Source: Macrostomum lignano
Taxonomy: Eukaryota
DNA length: 64,000 bases
Reading direction: 5' to 3'
NCBI GenBank assembly: GCA_002269645.1
Contig: NIVC01002161.1
Span: 62,001-126,000 of the forward strand
Notes under the pieces: generated by a model
What the model was told of the DNA's origin: nothing
Databases searched by the model: none
Seen by the model: only the letters and a program-made list of their open reading frames with translations
In this document: positions 45,407 to 55,800 of the stretch, in pieces
How positions within the stretch are numbered: position 1 is the stretch's first letter
Layout of the letters: each line of letters starts with the position of its first letter
Made by a program: the position numbers and the translations under genes

Positions 45407-47552
45407 TCAGAGCATGGCATTGCTATTAAAGAACACAGCCATATCGTCCACAATCCTTTTGGCATCCTTGTCCTCCGTCAGGCAGCCGTGATAGCACGGA
45501 TAGTACTTATAGTAGACTCGAACTCCCGACTTCTCCAGCCGTTGAGAATACAGATGGGCGTCGCTTCTCAATGGATCGTGCTGGCAGGCCACGATGTAGG
45601 CGGGCGGCAGCCGCAGCGGATCGATGCTGGGCGTCAGCAGAGGCGACACTCGCGGATCGATGAGAAGCTTCTCCAGTTTAGCTGCCAGGGTCGCGTCTGC
45701 GTGGGAGGATTCTGGCGGCATGGACTCGCCGAGCTGCGGGATCGGGGTGAGGCATTGATATGCGATGATTGGACTGGTCAGCTGATGACCCCAGTGACCT
45801 TACGAGTAGATGAACGATGTGAGTTCAGGTGACCCCAGTGACCTTAGATGAACTATGTGAGTTCATGTGACCCCAGTGACCGTAGATGAACGATGTGAGT
45901 TCAGGTGACCCCAGTGACCTTTGATGAACTATGTGAGTTCATGTGACCCCAGTGACCTTAGATGAACTATGTGAGTTCATGTGACCCCAGTGACCTTAGA
46001 TGAACTATGTGAGTTTAGGTGACCCCAGTGACCTGAGATGAACCATGGGGATTTCAGGTAACTCATGAGACCTCAGATGGGCCATGGGGATTTCAGGTGA
46101 CTGATGAGACCTCGGATAAACTTTAAGAGTTCAGGTCACCTGGAATGATGATAGAGTGACCTTTGGGTTTCAGGTGAAGCTATATAGACAAATTCGTGAT
46201 CAAGAAGCAATATAATGATAAAACTAAATCCTATAATTATAACTTACTCTTTCGGCATAGGCGGCCCGCACGGACTTGCTGGCATGCCCGTTCCCAATGA
46301 CGGAACGCCAGTGCCGAATGCTGCCAGTCAGGTACATGCTGGCACTCCGGGCCACCTGACTGCCCTCAAGCAGCGGCGATCTGTAGCTCTCCCGGTGGGA
46401 CTGGGTCCTGAAGTTGGCCAGCTGGGTGATGGGGTACACCAGCAGCTGGAGACGCGGGGTCAGCTGATCCTCAGCCTTGGCCAGCGCCTGAGTAACCGAG
46501 GCGGCCAGTTGCCCGCCTGCGCTGTCCCCGCCAAGCATAATCCGGTGCGGATTAACGCCCAGCACTGAGCTGGCGTTGGCTAGGATGGAGCGAACTGCGG
46601 CGAGGCAGTCATCAAAGGCAGCTGGGAACGGGTGCTCAGGGGCCCGGCGATACCTGATGAAGGGGATTAATGAGTTTTGAGTTCATTGAGAGAGATGATG
46701 TAGAGGTCACATGACCTCATGTTTTCGGCATAAATTACGAGCTAAGAACCAGAATAGTTCATAAATCTTTTAAATCGCATTTCGCATTTATAACAACTCT
46801 ATTTAGTCTACTTGACTGACTATACTGACTAAACTAGACTTAGCTATGAAAGAAACCCAAGCAAAATTTAACGTAATTATGGGTAAACGGCAGGAGTATC
46901 CAAACTCTATTTTTAAGGCGAAATGCCTCGTCATCTAATTAGTACTACGTCAACAACTTTTTCGCAACTCTTACGATTCTACAGTTCACGTGATGCACAA
47001 GTGACTGACTGACTCACTCAAAACCGGCAGCTCACCCACTCACTCAATAGCCACCGCAGTGATGTTGATTCTCATTGCCAATCTGGTCACAAAACCGGCA
47101 GCTCACCCACTCACTCAATAGCCACCGCAGTGATGTTGATTCTCATTGCCAATCTGGTCACAAAACCGGCAGCTCACCCACTCACTCAATAGCCACCGCA
47201 GTGATGTTGATTCTCATTGCCAATCTGGTCACAAAACCGGCAGCTCACCCACTCACTCAATAGCCACCGCAGTGATGTTGATTCTCATTGCCAATCTGGT
47301 CACAAAACCGGCCGAAGCATCTGGCGAGCCGAACACCCAGCCGCCGCCGTGAATCCACACCAGGCCGGGTCCGCCCGCCCTGGCTCCGGCCGGTCTGAAA
47401 ACCAGCGCTCGAGAATCGGCAAACCGGGCTTCGGTAACGGTCAGGCGGCTGCTGTTGGCCGGCAGTGCAGGCGTCAGCAACGCCAAGTCGGCCAGGCGCT
47501 GCAGCTGGACATGCGGCACCTCCCACAGCCCAGTGAGTGAGAGCGCTGAGCC
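45407..47552 (-). CDS. AADAC/NCEH1-like alpha/beta hydrolase (hormone-sensitive lipase family); first (signal-anchor) exon unresolved
   Basis: Oxyanion motif HGGGW, EYRRAPEHPFP, nucleophile elbow GDSAGG, catalytic Asp in HDPLRSD and His in YHGC. Exons 47552-47257, 46653-46248, 45733-45407 are phase-consistent (0/2/0). Confidence 0.9.
45788..46140. repeat. ~38-bp minisatellite (GTGACCCCAGTGACCTTAGATGAACTATGTGAGTTCAT)
   Basis: Directly visible, within the last hydrolase intron. Confidence 0.9.
46881..46943 (+). pseudogene. Dispersed 28S rDNA fragment spanning the R2/I-PpoI target region
   Basis: GGGTAAACGGCAGGAGTA matches the conserved 28S GGGTAAACGGCGGGAGTA at 17/18, and AAATGCCTCGTCATCTAATTAGT matches 23/23, at near-correct spacing. 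The intervening core is altered. Confidence 0.85.
47019..47311 (-). repeat. 71-bp tandem repeat (~4 copies) made of the hydrolase exon 3' end plus its splice donor
   Basis: Unit = GFVTRLAMRINITAVAI codons + GA|GTGAGTGGGTGAGCTGCC. Donors at 47256, 47185, 47114 and 47043. Confidence 0.93.
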
Positions 47553-47644
47553 CTGGGAAAAAATCCAGCACAGCTGATTAGGGTAGCTATTCAAGTACAA
47601 TAAGTACTTCATGGAGTTTGAAGGATCCCCTGAAGGAGAGGGTA

Positions 47645-48530
47645 AGTAGTCACTGAAGAACACCTGAGGGAGAGGGTGGCAGTCACTTAAGAACACCTGA
47701 GGGAGAGGGTGGCAGTCACTGAAGAACACCTGAGGGAGAGGGGGGCAGTCACTGAAGAACACCTGAGGGAGAGGGTGGCAGTCACTGAAGAACACCTGAG
47801 GGAGAGGGTGGCAGTAACTGAAGAACAACTGAGGGAGAGGGTGGCAGTGACTGAAGAACACCTGAGGGAGAGGGGGACAGTAACTGAAGAACACCTGAGG
47901 GAGAGAGGGGCAGTCACTGAAGAACAACTGAGGGAGAGGGTGGCAGTCACTGTCCTGAAGAACACCTGAGGGAGAGGGTGGCAGTCACCGAAGAACACCT
48001 GAGGGAGAGGGTGGCAGTCACTGAAGAACACCTGAGGGAGAGGGTGGTAGTAACTGAAGAACACCTGAGGGTGAGGGGGGCAATCACTGAAGAACAACTG
48101 AGGGAGAGGGTGGCAGTCACTGAAGAACACATGAGGGAGAGGGTGGCAGTCACTGAAGAACACCTGAGGGAGAGGGTGGTAGTAACTGAAGAACACCTGA
48201 GGGTGAGGGGGGCAATCACTGAAGAACAACTGAGGGAGAGGGTGGCAGTCACTGAAGAACACCTGAGGGAGAGGGTGGCAGTAACTGAAGAACACCTGAG
48301 GGAGAGGGTAGCAGTCATTGAAGAACACCTAAGGGAGAGGGGGACAGTCACTGAAGAACAACCTAAGGGAGAGGGTGGCAGCTACTGATTGACATCTGAA
48401 GGAGAGGGTAGCAGCTACTGATTGACATCTGAAGGAGAGGGTAGCAGCTACTGATTGACATCTGAAGGAGAAGGTAGCAGCTACTGATTGACCCCTAAGG
48501 GAGAGGGTAGCAATCACTGATGGACACCTG
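47645..48530. repeat. 33-bp minisatellite (minus strand GTGTTCTTCAGTGACTGCCACCCTCTCCCTCAG)n
   Basis: Directly visible, upstream of the first identified hydrolase exon. Confidence 0.93.
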
Positions 48531-49961
48531 AGGAAGAAGATAGTAGCCATTGATAGACATTTAAGAGAAAGGATAACAGATACTAAAAAGCCTAATGGGT
48601 AATAGCCCACTCAAGAATCTAAAAAAACAATGATAGCTTAAATGATATAAATAAAAATAAAGCTGAAAATACTTACAATAAAATGACAGAGCTTTCCAAT
48701 GCAATTTTTAATAGCAACAGAATGCCAATCCTGCACATAGTCTGGCACTGGCTCATATAATAAGTAGGCAAGGATTGCCATCAGTATTGGAATAAGTAGA
48801 AATTTTTTTAGTTCCATAATTTTAGTAACTTTACACTAGGGGTCAGAAAATGACAATGATTTATATTGTTAATAGGTATAAATGAAAAATATTAATTTAA
48901 AATATACCTTTTGTTGATAGTATCTTCCATGACTATTTAAAGCCTAAAAATATGAAACATTTGAATTATGCTTCTTAGTTGAAAATTTGAGCTTAAATTG
49001 AAATAAAATTGAAGATTTTTTCAAGGCCTAGGAAAAAAATTAGGATTAATTATGATAGGATTATTAAATTATGATTCAAAATGAAAGATATAATGATATA
49101 TAGGCCTAATAAGTTAGATAATAAATGAAATAATATAGATAATATATGAATCTAGTATAATAAAAACTAACTTTTGCAAATAGACTTATAATACAAAAAT
49201 ACATGATATATCCTATTAAATAGATTGATTGAAATAGGCCAAATATATTTAAATTATGATTTAAAACTATTAATAAGTCTAGCACAATATTGTTTTACCT
49301 TCTTAGAATCTTTAAACTTTTCCCATTATTCTGATCCGTGCCTCCAAGTCCAAAGAGGGGTTGAAAGGCAACTGTAGTTGTAGTAAGAAGGAACTCATGG
49401 CAATTGGCAATAAGATGGCCAATAATACTACTTTAGATATTTATATTTAGAGAGGTTCCTTATCCAACTATTCCTAGGCCTAGGCTTCTTGTCTTGCATT
49501 TTACATATTGGCAACTAGGTGCTTTTAGTTTTGTTTTTGGGATTCTGGATTAGCAGATTACATCACAATCACATGTATGCCTTTCGCGTTATGTCTATGC
49601 CAATGCCACAATGCCTGGATGCCAATGGTTATATGGTACAATTAAAACATTGTAATAAATCGAAAAAATAGGTCTAATAAGCGTTCTAGATCGAGGGCTA
49701 CCTCACATCGTAATATATAGACGTCTCTTGTTGAAAAAACCATTTCCGTCACGCGTTAACTTTCAAATTAATGCGAAGAATAAGTTCACGCGAGAACCTC
49801 GTCAAAAAATTTCTTATCTTATGAATATTTTCTTTGGACATATATAATCAAAGGGAAGAGAAAATCCAGAGGCAGTAAGTTTTCCTATTTATGACTATTA
49901 GGTTTTTAGGTACTGGAAAAGTTGCTTTAACATAGTGGTGAACAATAGGCCTAACTTCATT

Positions 49962-50221
49962 GGGCCTTTTCATATTGCTTGCTCTGGTTCCAGAACCAGA
50001 ACCAATTTGTGAAGTATAACTTTTTGTCTCCATAACTAGAGGAAGATACGTGCTATAAAGTTTTTATTATTGAATAACAATCGCCAAGAAGAAAGTGAAA
50101 AATTGTGCTAAGTTAGGTTGTTAAGGCAGTCAAATATTAACAGAGTTTAATAGTTATACTGCTGTTTTTCTTGAAATTCCGAACCGATTCTGGTTCTGGA
50201 ATTGGTAATATGAAAAGGCCC
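49962..50221. mobile_element. Probable MITE with 15-bp TIRs GGGCCTTTTCATATT / AATATGAAAAGGCCC
   Basis: Inverted terminal match, plus subterminal inverted TTCCAGAACCAGAA / TTCTGGTTCTGGAA. No clear TSD. Confidence 0.55.
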
Positions 50222-51337
50222 TCTTACATGCTATTACTTTCACATGTATGCCGTGATATTAACCTACATAACATTTGTAGATACATACGTACATGAACCA
50301 CTACACACTTCACAACGTGTGAAATAGATGTTAAATGTACAAGTACGCTGCTCTGAGGAAAAATCTGGCATTATTTTTATATGAATTCTGAGTGCTCTTG
50401 ATGCAATTTTGCTTTTAATCAAAAACATTTTTATACACGACATACATGTACATGCAGTAATTATTATCGAGTTATGATGCTCGTAGTTATAAACTGTGCT
50501 AATAAATTAATTAGCTATGTGAAAGCCAAAAAAGACCACAATTTTTTCACTTAAAGCGGTAACAGCAGACATACAAGCGAAGCTACTATATTTTAAAACG
50601 CTTAAAACACATATTCATCTAATTAATTAATTGCTTAAAAAGTGAATTATATAATCAAGCCATACACAAAATTTAAAGGATCTAGAAAGACAAAGAACAA
50701 AACAATATCAAATTAACAAAGAGAAAGAAATAACAACAAGGAAAGAGTAAGTATTGTATCGCAAATCGTACCTCTCGGCGTAGCACCAATACATTCGAAG
50801 AAGTCGGTTGCGGTGCACTTAATTTATATATAGTATCTTGTACTTTTTATGCAGTCAAATTAAACATTTTGCTAGCTTAGACAATGTGGGACAATTTCGG
50901 AACAGACGACATTTTTGTACATATCCAAGGACCACTTATAGCATAAATACAAGCATAGCATAACTAAATTAACACGTGTCCATACAGCTCAATAAATCCT
51001 ACATCTCATATAAGGAGGCAAGCACAAGACAAGGCGGATGAATGTACATGCACATAAGTACTCGCATTTCGGAGCACCAAAAGGTGCATACGAGTGTAAA
51101 ATTTTTAATCAAAATAGAAAACCAAAAATAGCTTGTACTTTGAAGCAATCGCACGAGAAAAGCAGCCCAACAACGCAGCAAAGTACTTTTACATAGATTT
51201 GTGGTTTTCATTGAAAAATATGCACGACACTTTTCTGGCAGGCATTAAATTGAGACAGAACATGATAATTTGTATGATAACGGCCTAGTCAGTACCTTGA
51301 TCGGATATACTGAAGTCGCTCCCCGACGCCCTGTGAA

Positions 51338-52548
51338 GAAGAAGGAGTAGAAGGAGTAGGAGTAGGAGAAAAAGGAGTAGGAGAAGGAATAGGAGAAGGA
51401 GTAGGAGTAGGAGTAGGAGGAGTAGGAGAAGGAATAGGAGTAGGAGAAGGAGTAGGAGAAAAAGGAGTAGGAGAAGGAATAGGAGAAGGAGTAGGAGTAG
51501 GAGTAGGAGGAGTAGGAGAAGGAATAGGAGTAGGAGAAGGAGTAGGAGAAGGAGTAGGAGTAGGAGTAGGAGTAGGGGAAGGAGTAGGAGTAGGAGAAGA
51601 AGAAGGAGTAGGAGTAGGAGTAGGAGTAGGAGTAGGAGTAGGAGTAGGAGAAGGAGTAGGAGTAGTAGAAGTAGGAGAAGGAGGAGTAGGAGTAGGAATA
51701 GGAGAAGGAGTAGGAGTAGGAGTAGGAGTAGGAATAGGAGTAGGAATAGGAGTAGGAATAGGAGTAGGAGAAGGACTAGGAGAAGGAGTAGGAGTAGGAG
51801 AAGAAGAAGGAGTAGGAGTAGAAGAAGGAGTAGGGGAAGGAGTAGGAGTAGGAGAAGAAGAAGGAGTAGGAGAAGGAGTAGGAGTAGGAGTAGGAGTAGG
51901 AGTAGGAGAAGAAGGAGTAGGAGTAGGAGTAGAAGTAGGAGTAGGAGGAGTAGAAGTAGGAGAAGAAGAAGGAGAAGAAGGAGTAGGAGAAGGAGGAGTA
52001 GGAGAAGGAGTAGGAGCAGGAGTAGGAGAAGAAGAAGGAGAAGAAGGAGTAGGAGAAGGAGGAGTAGGAGAAGGAGTAGGAGCAGGAGTAGGAGAAGAAG
52101 AAGGAGAAGAAGGATTAGGAGAAGGAGTAGGAGTAGGAGAAGTAGGAGAAGGAATAGGAGTAGGAGTAGGAGAAGGAGAAGGAGTAGGAGTAGGAGTAGG
52201 AGTAGTAGAAGTAGGAGAAGGAATAGGAGTAGGAGAAGGAGTAGGAGAAGGAGAAGGAGAAGGAGAAGGAGTAGGAGTAGGAGAAGTAGGAGAAGGAATA
52301 GGAGTAGGAGTAGGAGAAGGAGAAGGAGTAGGAGTAGGAGTAGGAGTAGTAGAAGTAGGAGAAGGAATAGGAGTAGGAGAAGGAGTAGGAGAAGGAGAAG
52401 GAGAAGGAGTAGGAGTAGGAGAAGAAGGAGAAGGAATAGGAGTAGGAGTAGGAGAAAGAGAAGGAGTAGGAGTAGGAGTAGGAGTAGTAGAAGTAGGAGA
52501 AGGAATAGGAGTAGGAGTAGGAGTAGTAGAAGTAGGAGAAGGAGTAGG
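51338..52548. repeat. Hexamer microsatellite (GGAGTA/GGAGAA)n
   Basis: Directly visible. The poly-L and P/T/S ORFs are repeat translations. Confidence 0.95.
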
Positions 52549-52839
52549 ATCTGGATCAGTAGGATTTGCATAAATTCGTGACACAGACAGGGACAGGGAA
52601 ACAGTACAGGGACACAAGGATGCCGCCTGATTCCGAGAAAAAGCAGACCAAGTAATTCTGAGGTTTCACGAGTACATTTTGCATTTTTTGCTGTCTGTCT
52701 CGACGCTGGCTACGCAAGACAAGTTGCTGGGTTAAGAGTTTTGCTGCATGGCCAAGATCTACTGATCATTCAGACGGGAGTCGATGCTTCACCGTTAAAT
52801 AAACGTCCTCTTACAGTGGTCCCTGCATACCCGCAGGCA

Positions 52840-55800
52840 TCAGGGCGCTGAGTCCGGGCAGACAAGCGGGCAGCGGGCCCAGTCCCGGGTCCAGTACTCG
52901 CCCGTGAACTGCCAGTCGTCATCCCGCTTTGTGTATGGATTTCGCCAGCGCCGGAACCAGACACCGCCGCCAGCCTCTGACGATGACGAATCGCCAGCAG
53001 AAGCAGACGCTGAAGTCGATTTCTGCTGCTGACGCTGCTGCTGAAGGCGCAGACGCTGCCACTCTTCTAGTCGAGACTTGACCGACTGCGCCGTGTCGGC
53101 GTCGCCAGCCTCCAGAGCCCGGATGTCGGCGCGAATCCGACGACAATCCGTTGGCGGCAGCGCGCAGTCATCGCCGGCGTCGTCGTTCAGCTGCATGGAG
53201 AAGCGGGTGAACCCGTAGAACCTGCCGCTGCTCGATGGCCGCGGCTGGCAGCGCCACAGCTCAGTTTGGCCCGCCAAGCCGAGGTCGCTGCTGCCGCTGT
53301 CGACGAAATCATCCTCGTCCGTGTCCTCGTTGTCGCTGCCGTCGATACAAACGCCGCCGCCTCCGCCGCTGCCACCGCGACGTCCTCCGTTGATGCTGCC
53401 GCTGCTGCCGCAGCTGTCGTCGTTGTTTCGGCGACGAAGGACGCCGAACTGGTAGCTGAAGCTGATGGACTTGGAGCCGCCTGACCGCATCTTCTGCTGC
53501 TGCTGCTGCTGCTTGTCCGATCGAGACTTGAGGCTGGCGAGGCTGGCAGCTGTTGATGGCGAGTTGCACTTCCTGCTTCGGGACAGCGGCATCGACGCGG
53601 TGCTCTTGTGCGCCTTCCACGACTCCACGGGGATGCTGCGGGGACGCGCAAGTTATTGTCGGTGTTTCGAATTTTCATTCGGGTCGGGCACGGCTACAAG
53701 AAGCCAAAAGCAAGTATACGAATTGAGAAACCAGCTGCATTTCTGATACTAACAATATGCGACAGGCCTCTGACAGAAAACTTGACATATTGAGCACTGT
53801 ATCGGAGCCGCTAGAGGCAAACAGATTACTGGAGGGAATGCCAGAACAAGACTTCTATGAGCAGAAGAAAATGTGTCAGATCGATTAGAATGGCAGATGA
53901 ACCGTCACGTGCGAAAATTTGATACAATGTTGCCTTTTTTTCCTAGTGAAAACAGCCTTCTTCATGGCTACCTACCCTACCTACCTACCTAACTACTTAC
54001 CTACTTACATACCTAGTTGCCTACCTACCTACCTACCTATTTACCCACCCACCCACCTACCTACCTACCTACCCACCTACCTACCTACCTACCTATTTAC
54101 CCACCCACCTACCTACCTACCCACCTACCTACCCACCTACCTACCTACCTACCTACCTACCCACCCACCCACCTACCTACCTACCCACCCACCCACCTAC
54201 CTACCTATCTACCCGCCTAACTACCTGCCTACCTAACTACTTACCTACTTACATACCTAGTTGCCTACCTACCCACCTACCTACCTACCCACCCACCCAC
54301 CTACCCACCCACCCACCCACCTACCTACCTACCCACCTACCTACCCACCTACCTACCTACCCATCTACCTACCTACCTACCTACCTACCTACCTACCTAC
54401 CCACCTACCTACCTACCTACCTACCCATCTACCTACCTACCTACCCACCTACCTACCTACCTATCTACCTACCTACCTACCTATCCACCTACCTACCCAT
54501 CTACCTATCTACCTATCTACCTACGTACCTATCTACCTACCTACCTACCTACCCATTTACCTACCTACCTATCAACCTACCTACCTATCTACCTACCTAC
54601 CTACCTACCTACCTACCTACCCACCTACCTACCTACCTACCTACCCATCTACCTACCTACCTACCCACCTACCTACCTACCTATCTACCTACCTACCTAC
54701 CTATCCACCTACCTACCCATCTACCTATCTACCTATCTACCTACGTACCTATCTACCTACCTACCTACCTACCTACCCATTTACCTACCTACCTATCAAC
54801 CTACCTACCTATCTACCTACCTACCTACCTACCTATCCACCAAAAGTCTTTCCAACACAGCACACAGATGCCCAGCCAAGGCGAAGAAAGCTATTACTGA
54901 AATTGGATTGGAAACAGCCCGCATATTTTTTCGCCAATTAGTGCGTCCATCTTAACTGCTAATCCAAATTTCAGCACCTGATACACAAAAGAGAAAACGG
55001 GGGCGGGGAATAACAGGTGGCTCAGGAATTCAAAGGCCGCTGGCACCGGGCACATCCGAAATTTATGCCAGATTTACACCACGATTAAATTTCAAAGGCA
55101 TCTTTGATTTGAGAGATGGATCGTTTGTGGAGCATTTGCAGAAATCTCGCTAGCAACAGGTAAATGGCTGTCTAATTAAAGATATCAAAGCGAAGCACAC
55201 GGTTTCGCAGTCTCTTTGATCTGCCCCAACCATGTCGAGAAGAGGATTTGACTTTCCACGAACACTGCTCCAGCTGCTGATAGCTGTTTACATGAGAGCT
55301 CAAACCAGGAAATACTCAGAAATGCAACCTTATTCTGACGAGTAAGTCAACAAGAAATATATACGAGTGTATAATGTTTTTAGCAGCAAAACTTGCAAGC
55401 TAATAAAGTCTACAAATCTCGGCTAAATCTATTATTAAAATATTTATGGCACTCTCTTACCGACTTTCCACACTATTTATAGCAATAATTGACTTCGAAA
55501 AATTAACTAATGGAATCTGATTGGCTAAAGGACGTTGGGTTTTTTTTCTCTTAGTCAACAGTTCTATGAACCAATCAGCGACGGCCTCCGGGTTCAAGGC
55601 AGTCGACCACCCCTTATACGCTGTCCCAGCCAATCAGATTGCGACTAGGAAGACTCCGGACGGTGGGTCGGCTTCAGAAGCACCAAAGCTCAAAGTATTT
55701 ATAAAGTTGGAGCTTGTGAAATACGTTTTACCTGTAAAATCCGTCGACCCATTTTCCGTAGAGAGCCCGGAGTCGAGTCTTGCTCGAGTCCAAAATGTAC

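Noticed and set aside
48329-48610. MGYYPLGFLVSVILSLKCL... ORF as the hydrolase N-terminus
   Set aside because: It runs into the 33-bp array and stops; no strong donor gives the required phase 0.
51285-52617. 442-aa Pro/Thr/Ser mucin- or extensin-like ORF and 428-aa poly-Leu ORF
   Set aside because: Both are translations of a (GGAGTA/GGAGAA)n microsatellite that is open in several frames; no linking splice sites or non-repeat domain.
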